A DNA stretch of 64,000 bases from Candidatus Nomurabacteria bacterium (GCA_023267375.1 JAHFNJ010000005.1:1285-65284); one strand, 5' to 3'. Positions 48,636-59,304 are shown, counted from the first letter of the stretch. Numbers and translations are program-made. The notes: generated by a model not told the origin, from the letters alone.

Positions 48636-49181
48636 ATGAAAAAGTCGTCTCTTACGATGGATAATGAATGGTATGTCATCACCGGGGCTCCGTGTTCAGG
48701 TAAGACAACTGTTTTAAATGGGCTTGTTGCTCGTGGCTACAATGTCGTGCCAGAAATTGCTCGAGCTTACATTGACGAGTCACTAGCAAAAGGTGTTTCG
48801 GTTGAAGAATTGCGTAAAGATGAAGTTTCATTTCAAAAAGAAATTTTGCACAGAAAAATTGAAGAAGAGAAAAAACTTTTACCGCACACAATAGTATTTT
48901 TTGATCGTGGTATTCCAGATACCTGGGCATATCTGGTATTCCATGGCATCAAAGATAAAGCACTTTTACAGAAGTCTCTTCTCGGAAAGTATCAAAAAGT
49001 ATTTATCCTTGATCCCTGTCCATTCAAGAAGGATTATGCTCGGATAGAAACAGAAGCTGACCAGAAAGAACTCCATCGGCTCATTGTCGAAGGGTACGAC
49101 AAAACAGGCATCCCGATCGTGCACGTGCCAATTCTTGAGACGAAAGAAGCGCGTGTTGATTTTATATTGAAACACCTATAA
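48636..49181 (+). CDS. AAA_28 / NadR-like P-loop ATPase or kinase
   Basis: VITGAPCSGKTT, PEIAR, FFDRGIPD. Confidence 0.8.
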   Translation: MKKSSLTMDNEWYVITGAPCSGKTTVLNGLVARGYNVVPEIARAYIDESLAKGVSVEELRKDEVSFQKEILHRKIEEEKKLLPHTIVFFDRGIPDTWAYLVFHGIKDKALLQKSLLGKYQKVFILDPCPFKKDYARIETEADQKELHRLIVEGYDKTGIPIVHVPILETKEARVDFILKHL

Positions 49182-49190
49182 AATGCTTGT

Positions 49191-50657
49191 ATGAAACGTG
49201 AAAATTCCGCGGAATCCTTTTCTTTTTCTTCTGAAACGGAACCAATAGACGATACGCTTCGTGAAAAATGCGGTATTTTCGGCATATACGGAACAGGCGA
49301 TACTGCCGCTCACACTCTCTTCTATGGGCTCTTTGCATTGCAGCATAGAGGACAAGAAGGTTCAGGTATGTGTGTTTCAGATGGTGAGGAACTCCACTCG
49401 CACAAAGGTATAGGGCTCGTCTCTCAGATCTACAACGAAGAGCATATGCAAAAACTTGTCGGAAGTATCGGCATTGGACACAACCGCTATTCGACATCGC
49501 GCGGAGGGCAAGCACTTCTCGAAGATGTGCAGCCATTCGTTTCAAAAACAATGAGAAGCTCACTCGCACACAATGGTAACTTGCCGTCAGTTGAAGCGCT
49601 TCGAACATTTTTAAAATCAAAAAATATTGAAACTGCAGGAGCAAATGATTCACGACTCATGCATCTAGCGATTGAAGCATATCTTGATGAAGGATTTACC
49701 TTGCCAGACGCTGTAGAAAAAGCATTCCCGCTTTTTACTGGAGCGTTTTCTGTTTTGGTTATGGACAAAGAAGCAATCGTTGCGGTACGCGATAGTTTTG
49801 GCATGCGACCATTTTCCATGGGAATGATCGGAGATGATACCTATATTTTTGCGTCTGAAACGTGTGCTATCGATACTGTCGGCGGAAAGGCGCTTCGTGA
49901 TGTTAATCCTGGAGAAATGATTGTGGTAAAAGCAGGGAAGATGCAAAGCAAGCAAGTGGCGAATCCGACGCCAAAATTCGACATTTTTGAACTCGTGTAT
50001 TTTGCTCGCCCTGATTCAGTGCTTTTGGGAGAGACTGTGTATCGCGTGCGTTCAAATTTTGGCAGAGAGCTTGCCAAGGAAACAAAAATCGAAGCCGACA
50101 TTGTGATCCCTGTTCCAGAGACCGCTATTCCTTCAGCCGTCAGTTTTTCTCGTGCATCGGGTATTCCGCTTGAAATGGCACTGACGAAAAATCGTTACAT
50201 TCACCGCACATTCATTCAGCCAGACCAGCGTACGCGTGAACTTGGCGTGAAGCTCAAATTGAATGCACTCCGGGAAATTATTGATGGTAAGCGCGTGATC
50301 GTGATGGATGATTCTATCGTTCGTGGTACAACGTCGCGTGAAATTGTAAAACTTCTTTTTGCTTCTGGCGCCACTGAGGTGCATTTTCTGGTGGCTTCAC
50401 CACCGGTACGTTTTCCTGATTTTTATGGCATCGATACGCCGAAGCAAGAAGACCTGATCGCGTCGCGCATGAGTGTGGCTGATGTGGCAACATTTTTAGG
50501 TGTGACATCACTGCACTATCTTTCTGTCGATGGTATGGTACGTGCGACAGGTGTTTCTCGTGATCTTCTCTCGCTCTCTGCTTTTACTGGCGAATATCCA
50601 ATCCCACTTTTGGAACGTGAAAAAGAAGTAAATCATAATGTGTTTATCGGCGAGTAG
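49191..50657 (+). CDS. purF: Amidophosphoribosyltransferase
   Basis: propeptide then CGIFG, LQHRGQE, AHNGNL, VMDDSIVRGTTS. Confidence 0.96.
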   Translation: MKRENSAESFSFSSETEPIDDTLREKCGIFGIYGTGDTAAHTLFYGLFALQHRGQEGSGMCVSDGEELHSHKGIGLVSQIYNEEHMQKLVGSIGIGHNRYSTSRGGQALLEDVQPFVSKTMRSSLAHNGNLPSVEALRTFLKSKNIETAGANDSRLMHLAIEAYLDEGFTLPDAVEKAFPLFTGAFSVLVMDKEAIVAVRDSFGMRPFSMGMIGDDTYIFASETCAIDTVGGKALRDVNPGEMIVVKAGKMQSKQVANPTPKFDIFELVYFARPDSVLLGETVYRVRSNFGRELAKETKIEADIVIPVPETAIPSAVSFSRASGIPLEMALTKNRYIHRTFIQPDQRTRELGVKLKLNALREIIDGKRVIVMDDSIVRGTTSREIVKLLFASGATEVHFLVASPPVRFPDFYGIDTPKQEDLIASRMSVADVATFLGVTSLHYLSVDGMVRATGVSRDLLSLSAFTGEYPIPLLEREKEVNHNVFIGE

Positions 50658-50663
50658 CCTTTT

Positions 50664-51383
50664 ATGAGAATCGCGCTTCTTACTTCTGGTGGTGGGACAA
50701 CGATGGCAGCGATTATTTCAGCATGCAAAGAGGGTGTGTTACAAAATGTAATACCTGCACTTGTGATCGCAAGCAAGGAGGATGCAGGAAGTATTGCAAA
50801 GGCGCGTACTCTCGGTATTTCAGAAAAAGATATTCTGGTTATTAATCCAAAATCATTTGAAACCCGTGAAGCATTTGGAGAAAAAATTATCGCCGAGTGC
50901 AAGGCGCGCGGTGTGGAATTTATCGGCCAATATGGTTGGATGGTGAAAACCCCAGAAAATGTTATTGCAGCATTTCCAAATATGGTAGTGAACCAGCATC
51001 CTGGTCCACTCGATACCGGACGGATCGATTTTGGTGGTCCGGGTATGTATGGCATGCGTGTGCATCAAACGCGGCTTTGTTTTGTGCAAAAGACGAACCG
51101 CGAATTTTGGACAGAAGCAACCTCGCATCGAGTGGTTGGAGAATATGACAAAGGTGCAATTGTCGGACGTGAACGAGTGCCGATTTTATCAGACGACACC
51201 ACTGAAACGCTTCAATCTCGGGTACTTCCAGTTGAACACGCTGTGCAGATTAAAACATTGCAAGATTTTGCGAATGGTACAGTACAAGAATATCATCGCG
51301 AAGAACCACTTATTCTCCCTGGCGAAGAGGTGCTGTTTGAAGAGTGTAAAGAGAATGCTATAAAATTATACCCACATGGATAA
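50664..51383 (+). CDS. purN: Phosphoribosylglycinamide formyltransferase
   Basis: SGGGTT, NQHPGPL, FGG.GMYG.RVH, YDKG. Confidence 0.9.
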   Translation: MRIALLTSGGGTTMAAIISACKEGVLQNVIPALVIASKEDAGSIAKARTLGISEKDILVINPKSFETREAFGEKIIAECKARGVEFIGQYGWMVKTPENVIAAFPNMVVNQHPGPLDTGRIDFGGPGMYGMRVHQTRLCFVQKTNREFWTEATSHRVVGEYDKGAIVGRERVPILSDDTTETLQSRVLPVEHAVQIKTLQDFANGTVQEYHREEPLILPGEEVLFEECKENAIKLYPHG

Positions 51384-52653
51384 CAAACAAACTATTTTAA
51401 TAATCGGTGGTGGCGGACGCGAACATGCCGTTGGCTGGAAAGTGGCACAATCGCCACGTGCAGGGAAACTATACTTTGCTCCTGGAAATGCTGGCACGGC
51501 AAAATTGGGCGAGAATATCTCAATCAAGGCAACTGATATCGACGGACTTTTAGATTTTGTAAAAAAAGAAAAAATCGATCTAACACTTGCTCTTCCCGAT
51601 GATCCGCTGGCTCTCGGTGTTGTAGATGCGTTTCAAAAAGAAGGGTTACGAATTTTTGGCCCAACAAAAGCCGCAGCGCAGCTTGAATCATCAAAAGCAT
51701 TTTCGAAGCATTTTATGCAGAAGCATAATTTGCCGACCGCACAATTCGAAACATTCACTGATTTTGAAAAAGCTGATGAGTATCTCAAGAATCACTCCTT
51801 GCCGGTTGTGGTGAAGGCAAGTGGTCTGGCCCTTGGAAAGGGGGTGGTAATCGCACAAACATACGAAGAAGCTCATGAAGCACTCGAGAACATGATGATT
51901 AAGAAAGTATTCGGGGAAGGTGGAACAGAAGTTGTGATTGAAGAATTTTTAACCGGACCGGAAATTTCAATTCATGCTTTTTCGGATGGGAAAAATTACT
52001 CTCTATTCCCGTCGGCTCAAGACCATAAGCGAATCGGAGAAGGGAATACAGGACTCAACACTGGCGGTATGGGTACCATTTCACCACTGCCATTTGTTGA
52101 CAGCGCACTTATGGAAAAAATCGAAAAGGAAATTGTGGCACCAACATTGGCCGCGATGGCTAGCGAAGGAATGTCGTTTCAAGGAGTACTCTACCCAGGA
52201 CTCATGCTTACGAAAGATGGTCCGAAAATTTTGGAATACAATGCACGTTTTGGCGATCCGGAAACAGAAACATATATGCGACTACTCGATACAGATTTGC
52301 TTGATATTGTGGATGCGACGATTGATGGTACGCTCGGTACGTTTGATGTAAAGTGGAAGCCTCTTTCTGCCTGCACGATTATTTTGGCTTCAGGTGGGTA
52401 TCCTGAAAAGTATGAAAAAGAAAAACCAATTTCAGGAATTGAAGAGGCCGAAAAAAATACGGACATTATCGTTTTTCACGCTGGAACAACCCTAAAAGAA
52501 GGAGTACTTGTGACAAATGGCGGACGAGTCCTTGGTGTAAGTGCTACCGGTGTCACTCTCAAAGAAGCACTTCAAACAGCTTATGAAGCTATCCCAAAAA
52601 TATCCTTTGAAGGTATCTATTATCGAAAGGATATTGGCGATAAATATATTTGA
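51376..52653 (+). CDS. purD: Phosphoribosylamine--glycine ligase
   Basis: GGGGREHA, APGNAG, QDHKR, NTGGMG, EYNARFGDPE. Confidence 0.96.
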   Translation: MDNKQTILIIGGGGREHAVGWKVAQSPRAGKLYFAPGNAGTAKLGENISIKATDIDGLLDFVKKEKIDLTLALPDDPLALGVVDAFQKEGLRIFGPTKAAAQLESSKAFSKHFMQKHNLPTAQFETFTDFEKADEYLKNHSLPVVVKASGLALGKGVVIAQTYEEAHEALENMMIKKVFGEGGTEVVIEEFLTGPEISIHAFSDGKNYSLFPSAQDHKRIGEGNTGLNTGGMGTISPLPFVDSALMEKIEKEIVAPTLAAMASEGMSFQGVLYPGLMLTKDGPKILEYNARFGDPETETYMRLLDTDLLDIVDATIDGTLGTFDVKWKPLSACTIILASGGYPEKYEKEKPISGIEEAEKNTDIIVFHAGTTLKEGVLVTNGGRVLGVSATGVTLKEALQTAYEAIPKISFEGIYYRKDIGDKYI

Positions 52654-52740
52654 TTTGTATATCAAAGCTTGCTTGGAGTCTGGTTGACTTCATTTTGCGA
52701 GTTGCTATGCTTAAATGGAATAACGTAAAAATAAGCAACA

Positions 52741-52911
52741 ATGAGTAAACAACAGCACCCTGATGACCATGAGGAAGGAGATGTTCTTCCACCCATAGAT
52801 CCGCTCAAAAAGCAGGAACCGTCGGATGCTATATCCGAACGTTTGGGAAATAATGAACCAGGAGGTCCTGGTTCGGGCTATGATACTGCAGAAGATAGAA
52901 AAGGAAAGTAA
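52741..52911 (+). CDS. Small acidic, Pro/Gly-rich hypothetical protein (56 aa; not in the ORF track)
   Basis: MSKQQHPDDHEEGDVLPPIDPLKKQEPSDAISERLGNNEPGGPGSGYDTAEDRKGK; TTGACT-16-TATGCT upstream, hairpin downstream. Confidence 0.5.
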   Translation: MSKQQHPDDHEEGDVLPPIDPLKKQEPSDAISERLGNNEPGGPGSGYDTAEDRKGK

Positions 52912-52938
52912 AATTGGTTAGGTTAGAAAGGAGAGAAA

Positions 52939-52977
52939 GAGGCGTTCCGCACATTGTGGGGCGCCTCTGATTTTTTA
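52939..52977 (+). terminator. Intrinsic terminator
   Basis: gaggcgttccgc-acatt-gtggggcgcctc followed by a T run. Confidence 0.65.
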
Positions 52978-53156
52978 TCTTGTCCTTACCTCTTCCTGAT
53001 GTTACAGTACTCCTATGAAATCCTGTAGTAGAACTTCAAATGATTGCTTTGTTTTTACAGACTATTGGGATGGACAGCCTTATTTATTATCAGTGTAATT
53101 AATACTTTAAAACGTTATTTTTCGCAATTAAAAACGATTTGAAGTTTCACTACGGG

Positions 53157-54281
53157 ATGAAAACCATTGGTATTGTTGGCGGAGGACAGCTTGGCAAAAT
53201 GCTCGCTGATGCAGCTAAAAAGCTTGGTTTTAAAACCATTGTTCTCGACCCGACACCAAATGCGCCCGCTTCACTTTCGGCCGATAAACAGATTGTTGGT
53301 AGCTTTAAAGACAAGCAGAAAATTTTGGAACTTGCAGATGAAGTCGATGTGATTACTTTTGAAATTGAATCCGCGAATGCAGAAGCACTTGATGAATTGG
53401 AAAAGAAGGGAAAGGAAGTACACCCATCCCCAAAAACACTTTCAATCATCAAAGATAAATTTGAACAGAAAAATTTCCTGCGCGAGCACGATATCGCAGT
53501 TGCAGATTTTGCCTTGATTGAAAATGAAGATGACTGTTTAAAACAAGGTAAACTATTCGGCTACCCATTTTTACTCAAGGCACGTTTTGATGCCTACGAT
53601 GGTCGTGGCAATTTTGTGATAAAAAGTGAGGGTGATATTACTCCAGCATTTGAAAAGCTTAAATCAAGCCCGCTCTACGCTGAAAAGTTTGTGCCATTTG
53701 TAAAAGAATTGGCTGTTGTTTCCGTGAGGGGGAAGGACGGCAAAATAGTTTCATTCCCGACTGTTGAGACGGTGCATAAAAACAATATTTGTCATATCGT
53801 ACGTTCTCCAGCTCCGGTCTCTGAAGAAATACGCTCTCGCGCAGAAACACTTGCACGCAGCGTACTTTCTGCGCTTGAAGGGGTTGGTGTCTTTGCTATC
53901 GAAATGTTTTTAACAGCCGATGGTGAAGTGTTGGTGAATGAAATTGCTCCACGCGTACACAATTCAGGACACCACACAATTGAAGCCTTTACTGCTTCGC
54001 AGTTCGAGCAGCATATCCGCGCTATTGCTGGCATGCCACTCGTTGATCCATCACCCAATGCAGAAGTCTCAGTTATGATCAATATTTTGGGTGAACAGAG
54101 CGGTCCCGCGATTCCAAAAGGTGTTATGGAAGCAGAAAATCTTGGCGATACTACTGTACATATTTATGGTAAAATGGAAACTCGTCCAGAGCGTAAAATG
54201 GGACACATTACTACGTTGGCTAAGACGCTTTCCGAAGCTGAAGAAAAAGCGGTGAAAGCGCGCAAACATATTTCAATATAA
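53157..54281 (+). CDS. purK: N5-CAIR synthetase
   Basis: [30 protein letters not shown]. Confidence 0.96.
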   Translation: MKTIGIVGGGQLGKMLADAAKKLGFKTIVLDPTPNAPASLSADKQIVGSFKDKQKILELADEVDVITFEIESANAEALDELEKKGKEVHPSPKTLSIIKDKFEQKNFLREHDIAVADFALIENEDDCLKQGKLFGYPFLLKARFDAYDGRGNFVIKSEGDITPAFEKLKSSPLYAEKFVPFVKELAVVSVRGKDGKIVSFPTVETVHKNNICHIVRSPAPVSEEIRSRAETLARSVLSALEGVGVFAIEMFLTADGEVLVNEIAPRVHNSGHHTIEAFTASQFEQHIRAIAGMPLVDPSPNAEVSVMINILGEQSGPAIPKGVMEAENLGDTTVHIYGKMETRPERKMGHITTLAKTLSEAEEKAVKARKHISI

Positions 54282-54802
54282 TGAAAAAAAATATTCAAGT
54301 TGGGATAATTATGGGTTCCGATTCAGATTTGCCAGTCATGCAGGACGCAGCGGCAATACTCGATGATTTTGGGGTGAGTTATGAAATCACTGTTGTTTCA
54401 GCGCACCGTACGCCTGATGTGCTGGTGAGCTATTCAACAAAAGCAGCTAGTCGCGGGCTCAAGATTATTATCGCAGGTGCAGGCGGGGCAGCTCACCTGC
54501 CTGGTATGGTAGCTTCTATGACGGTGCTTCCAGTTATCGGCGTGCCGGTCAAAACAAAAACAATGGATGGTCTTGATTCACTCCTTTCAATTGCTCAGAT
54601 GCCGCCTGGTGTGCCAGTAGCGAGTGTTGCTGTGAATGGTGCAAAAAATGCCGGCCTTTTGGCGGTGCAGATGTTAGGAATGACTGACAAAAATCTCCAG
54701 AAGAAAATGGCTGCGTACAAAAAGAAAATGAATGTTGAAGTAAAAGGAAAAGCAGAGAAGCTTATCAAGAAAGGATACAAAAAATATTTAGCTGAAAAAT
54801 AA
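54281..54802 (+). CDS. purE: N5-CAIR mutase
   Basis: [30 protein letters not shown]. Confidence 0.97.
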   Translation: MKKNIQVGIIMGSDSDLPVMQDAAAILDDFGVSYEITVVSAHRTPDVLVSYSTKAASRGLKIIIAGAGGAAHLPGMVASMTVLPVIGVPVKTKTMDGLDSLLSIAQMPPGVPVASVAVNGAKNAGLLAVQMLGMTDKNLQKKMAAYKKKMNVEVKGKAEKLIKKGYKKYLAEK

Positions 54803-54805
54803 TCT

Positions 54806-55846
54806 ATGTCGGATTTATACACACAAGCAGGAGTAAATATTGAAGCAGGGAATGAAGTCGTGCGACGCATTAAGGCAGACGTGGCAGCAACGCATACGAG
54901 TGCAGTGCTCACGGGTATTGGCAGCTTTGGTGCGCTCTATGATCTGGGTGATATCATCAAAAACTACAAACACCCGGTTTTGGTGCAGAGTATCGATGGC
55001 GTCGGTACGAAGCTCTCTGTTGCTCGCATGATGAACAAATATGATACCGTTGGTGCAGACATTGTGAATCATTGCTGCGATGATCTTTTAGCTATGGGTG
55101 CCCGTCCACTGACCTTTCTCGATTATGTAGCCCACGATAAGCTTGATCCAGCTGTGATGGCCGCAATGGTGGCTGGGATGGCAAAAGCCTGCCGAGAGGC
55201 TGGGGTAGCGCTTACTGGAGGAGAAACAGCTGAAATGCCAGGTGTGTATATGAAAGGCGAGCATGACATTGCTGGTTCAATTACTGGGGTTGTTGAAAAA
55301 GAAAAAATTATTACCGGTGAACGAATCGAGGAAGGTGATCTTATTTTTGGCTTTGCCTCAAGTGGTTTGCATACGAATGGTTTTTCTTTGGCACGTAAAT
55401 TACTTTTTGATGTCGCAGGACATACCGTCGAAACAAATGTGCCAGAACTTGGGATGATAGTGGGGGAAGCACTTTTGAAAACGCATGTGAACTATTGTCC
55501 GCCGGTGCTTTCGATGCTCGATGCTGGCGCTGATATTCGTGGTATTGCGCATATTACCGGTGGTGGATTTTTAGAAAACATTCCGCGCGTTTTACCAAAA
55601 AATCTCGATGCTGAAATTACAAAAGGAACCTGGCCAATGCTGCCAATTTTCCCGTATATGCAAAAAATCGGCACTGTTGCCGAAGAAGAAATGTACCGCG
55701 TATTCAATATGAGTATTGGTTTGGTGGTTGTGGTGCCAGGAACCGAAAAAGAAAAAATACAATCCATGATACAAAAATATTCTGATTACAAAATGTTTGA
55801 GATTGGGAAAATTATAAACGGGGAAGGGAAGGTTGTTCTTAAATAA
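54806..55846 (+). CDS. purM: AIR synthetase
   Basis: DGVGTK, GGETAEMPG, SSGLHTNG, AHITGGG. Confidence 0.96.
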   Translation: MSDLYTQAGVNIEAGNEVVRRIKADVAATHTSAVLTGIGSFGALYDLGDIIKNYKHPVLVQSIDGVGTKLSVARMMNKYDTVGADIVNHCCDDLLAMGARPLTFLDYVAHDKLDPAVMAAMVAGMAKACREAGVALTGGETAEMPGVYMKGEHDIAGSITGVVEKEKIITGERIEEGDLIFGFASSGLHTNGFSLARKLLFDVAGHTVETNVPELGMIVGEALLKTHVNYCPPVLSMLDAGADIRGIAHITGGGFLENIPRVLPKNLDAEITKGTWPMLPIFPYMQKIGTVAEEEMYRVFNMSIGLVVVVPGTEKEKIQSMIQKYSDYKMFEIGKIINGEGKVVLK

Positions 55847-55849
55847 TAT

Positions 55850-56809
55850 ATGGAAATTGAAACTATTAAAGCGCATTTGAACGACGTCATAAAAGAAACT
55901 GATTTTCCGTCGCTTGGCGAGAAGAAGATCGGCAAAGTGCGCGACATTTATATTGCGCCGGATAAAATTACGCTCGTTGCTACAGACCGTCACTCCTCAT
56001 TTGATCGCATCATCGCCCATATTCCATTTAAGGGCGAAGTATTAAATCAGATCAGCGCGTTTTGGTTTGAGCAAACGAAGGACATTATTCAAAATCATGT
56101 TATTTCAGTGCCTGACCCAAACGTACTGATTGCCAAAAAGTGTACACCACTACCCATCGAAGCTGTGATGCGCGGATATATTACTGGCGTGACCTCGACG
56201 TCACTGTGGACGCACTACAAAGATGGCAAGCGCGACTTTGGCAATTTTGTCTTGCCGGAAGGTCTCAAGAAAAATCAAAAACTTCCACAGCCGGTTTTTA
56301 CGCCTTCCACCAAATCCGACGAACATGATCGCACGCTTTCACCGCAGGAAATTGTGGCCGAGGGAATTCTCTCGGCTGAAATGGTGGCTGAAGTTGAACG
56401 CGTAGCGACAGCACTCTTTTTACGAGGACAAGAAATTGCTGCTAAACACGGCCTTATTTTAGTCGACACAAAATATGAGTTTGGTTTAGATAGCGACGGC
56501 AAGCTCACGCTTATCGATGAAATCCACACACCGGATTCATCACGTTATTGGAAAGCGGGAAGTTATGACGAGCGATTTAGCAAAGGTGAAGAACCAGAAT
56601 ATTTTGATAAAGAATTTTTACGTCTCTGGTTTAAAGAAAACTGCGATCCGTACAAAGATGCAGTATTGCCAGAAGCTCCGGCGGACCTTGTGGCGGAACT
56701 CTCTAGACGCTATATTGAGATTTACGAGACGATTACTGGCAAGCCATTTACTCACGATTTCAACCTGCCGTTACTCGAACGGATTAAGAAAAATCTTTCA
56801 ATCATCTAA
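55850..56809 (+). CDS. purC: SAICAR synthetase
   Basis: GKVRDIY, LVDTKYEFG, DEIHTPDSSRYW, FDKEFLR. Confidence 0.96.
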   Translation: MEIETIKAHLNDVIKETDFPSLGEKKIGKVRDIYIAPDKITLVATDRHSSFDRIIAHIPFKGEVLNQISAFWFEQTKDIIQNHVISVPDPNVLIAKKCTPLPIEAVMRGYITGVTSTSLWTHYKDGKRDFGNFVLPEGLKKNQKLPQPVFTPSTKSDEHDRTLSPQEIVAEGILSAEMVAEVERVATALFLRGQEIAAKHGLILVDTKYEFGLDSDGKLTLIDEIHTPDSSRYWKAGSYDERFSKGEEPEYFDKEFLRLWFKENCDPYKDAVLPEAPADLVAELSRRYIEIYETITGKPFTHDFNLPLLERIKKNLSII

Positions 56810-56811
56810 CT

Positions 56812-58182
56812 ATGAATACAAATGCTATAGACCCACTGGATGGACGATATTCCGAGAGAATACAGGCCCTTGTGCCATATTTTTCAGAGCCGGCACTCAT
56901 GAAGTATCGCGTCATGATGGAGTGTGAATATTTGATCACCCTTTCTTCATCTGGTAAGACTGGTTTGCGGAAGTTTACACCGGCGGAAATAAAAACACTT
57001 CGCGGTCTGTATGAAAAATGGAGTGATGAGTCTTACACAAAAATAAAAGAATTTGAGGCAACAACAAACCACGATGTAAAATCGGTAGAATATTTCATAA
57101 AAGAGAAAATGAAAAATACCTCACTCAAAAATGCGATTGAGTGGGTGCACTTTGCGACGACCTCCGAAGATACGAACAATATCGCTTATGCGCTTATGAT
57201 TCGTGATTCACTCGAGAATGTGATGATTCCAAAACTAAAAGAAATCGTCGGGGTGCTTGATGTAATGGCAAAAAAATATAAAGCATTGCCGATGCTTGCC
57301 CGTACGCACGGACAGAGTGCTTCGCCGACAACTTTTGGTAAAGAGATGAAGGTGTTTATTGCCCGTCTCCAAAAACGTCTTGATGGTCTAATGAATATTA
57401 AGATTCAGGCAAAACTAAACGGTGCGACAGGCAATTGGAATGCGCATATGGCGGCATATCCTAAGGTAAACTGGCCAGATTTCAGTAAGAAATTTATTGA
57501 AAGTTTCAACACTGGCCATACGCAAAAACTCGAGGCAAATCTTATTACAACGCAAATAGAATGTCATGACAGTTATGTAGCGGTGTTTGATGCGGTCCGT
57601 CAGATCAACAGTGTTCTTCTCGATTTCAACCAGGATATGTGGCGCTACATTTCTGATGGTTGGGTGACACAGAAACCAAAGGCCGGAGAAGTTGGCTCAT
57701 CGACCATGCCTCACAAAGTAAATCCGATTGATTTTGAAAATAGTGAAGGGAACTTAGGTATTGCAAACGCACTCTTTGAATTTTTTGCGCGCAAGCTTCC
57801 TGTTTCGCGACTACAGCGCGACCTTTCTGATTCCACGGTGGAGCGTGCCTTTGGAACGGCATTCGGTCACTCCTATCTTGCGTATGTGATGCTTGAAAAG
57901 GGATTAGGGAAAATCACTGTCAACGAGCAACGTATCCAGCAAGATCTCCTTGCTCATCCAGAGGTGATTGCTGAAGCAATTCAGACCATTCTCCGTCGTG
58001 AGAGCTACCCAGTGCCCTACGAAGCCCTCAAAGAGTTGACGCGTGGCAAAGAACTCGTGATGGCAGATTTTGCAGCGTTTATTGATGGGCTCAAAGTATC
58101 AGCGCAAGTTAAGACAGAGCTTAAGAAAATCACTCCGCTTTCATACACGGGCCTCGCAGAGAAGTTGGCGGGAGATAAGTAA
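56812..58182 (+). CDS. purB: Adenylosuccinate lyase
   Basis: PLDGRY, TNHDVK, ARTHGQ, GSSTMPHKVNPIDFEN. Confidence 0.97.
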   Translation: MNTNAIDPLDGRYSERIQALVPYFSEPALMKYRVMMECEYLITLSSSGKTGLRKFTPAEIKTLRGLYEKWSDESYTKIKEFEATTNHDVKSVEYFIKEKMKNTSLKNAIEWVHFATTSEDTNNIAYALMIRDSLENVMIPKLKEIVGVLDVMAKKYKALPMLARTHGQSASPTTFGKEMKVFIARLQKRLDGLMNIKIQAKLNGATGNWNAHMAAYPKVNWPDFSKKFIESFNTGHTQKLEANLITTQIECHDSYVAVFDAVRQINSVLLDFNQDMWRYISDGWVTQKPKAGEVGSSTMPHKVNPIDFENSEGNLGIANALFEFFARKLPVSRLQRDLSDSTVERAFGTAFGHSYLAYVMLEKGLGKITVNEQRIQQDLLAHPEVIAEAIQTILRRESYPVPYEALKELTRGKELVMADFAAFIDGLKVSAQVKTELKKITPLSYTGLAEKLAGDK

Positions 58183-58189
58183 TTTCACT

Positions 58190-58957
58190 ATGCGTATCAA
58201 TTTTTTTGAGGAGTATCCAACAGCGGAAAATCTACTCAAAGCAAAAATGGTCGACTTTCCATCGACGATTTTTTTAGCAGCTCATTCTCTGCAAGAATTT
58301 AAAGAAGTTCGAGAAAAATTAAAAGCAGTAAACCCGCTTGTCGAAGTTGCCTACTGGCCTATCTTGCCCAAAACGTACTGGCTATCGCCATTTATGGATA
58401 CTGTCGATCTTGTGCATTTTATTGATGAAATGAAAAATGCCGGTGAGTCAATTACTGTCTTGGCAGACCTTGAGCTCCCGCTGGCAAAACTTGCGTATCT
58501 ATATGTTAAAAACTGTTTTGCGTTTTCAGAAAATAAAAAATTGCTACAATCTTTTTTTGCGAATGCACCAGAATGGGGGATAAAAATCATCGCTGCCGAA
58601 TATCCGCCACCATCTGATTTTTGGGCAAAACTATTCCGTAAACTGGGTGTTTCGTATGACGTGAACGAGTATCACCATACGTCGTGCGTGATGTATTACA
58701 CGAGCATGATTCCTCAGGCGATACTTCCTAGAACGCGTGAGATGATTCAAAAACTACAGAAAGAGAATGGAGCGCTCGAGCTTGGGTTGGGTACGATCGC
58801 TACGGGGATGCTTGAAAATGAGCCGCTTTTGCCCGCGGAAGAATTGGATCGAGATTTAGCTTTTATGAAAGAAAATAATTTCACTACAGCCACCATTTTT
58901 CGACTCGGAGGTCTCACTGAAGAGTATTATCGAGTCATTCGAAAATACACGAATTGA
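58190..58957 (+). CDS. Hypothetical protein (possible TIM-barrel)
   Basis: MRINFFEEYP, YWLSPF, DLELP, LGLGTIA.G, IFRLGG. Confidence 0.6.
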   Translation: MRINFFEEYPTAENLLKAKMVDFPSTIFLAAHSLQEFKEVREKLKAVNPLVEVAYWPILPKTYWLSPFMDTVDLVHFIDEMKNAGESITVLADLELPLAKLAYLYVKNCFAFSENKKLLQSFFANAPEWGIKIIAAEYPPPSDFWAKLFRKLGVSYDVNEYHHTSCVMYYTSMIPQAILPRTREMIQKLQKENGALELGLGTIATGMLENEPLLPAEELDRDLAFMKENNFTTATIFRLGGLTEEYYRVIRKYTN

Positions 58958-59012
58958 AAACATCGGTAATTTGTAGTACCATCAGTGCTGTTGTTTTTTA
59001 GTTTGCTGATAA

Positions 59013-59085
59013 GCCGTTGTAGCTCAGTTGGTAGAGCACGTCATTGGTAATGACGAGGTCTCCGGTTCAATCCCGGACAACGGCT
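59013..59085 (+). tRNA. tRNA-Thr (GGT)
   Basis: gccgttg/caacggc acceptor, cgtca-ttggtaa-tgacg anticodon arm, T-loop ttcaatc. Confidence 0.94.
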
Positions 59086-59231
59086 CTAGAGAACCTGTTC
59101 TTTTGAATAGAATAATGATATGGACGTTTGTTTCGGATTCAACCACACTATTCAAATACAATCCGTTTCAAATTAATTTGTCCAGCTTTCCATCTTTTCA
59201 ACCCCGTAAGGTTGTACCGGAAAGCCTTTTT

Positions 59232-59304
59232 GCCACCTTAGCTCAGTTGGTAGAGCACGTCTTTCGTAAAGACGGGGTCCGCAGTTCGATCCTGCGAGGT
59301 GGCT
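59232..59304 (+). tRNA. tRNA-Thr (CGT)
   Basis: gccacct/aggtggc acceptor, cgtct-ttcgtaa-agacg anticodon arm, T-loop ttcgatc. Confidence 0.94.

Noticed and set aside
52654-53156. Purine, ZTP or PRPP riboswitch upstream of purK
   Set aside because: None of the consensus motifs is recognisable.
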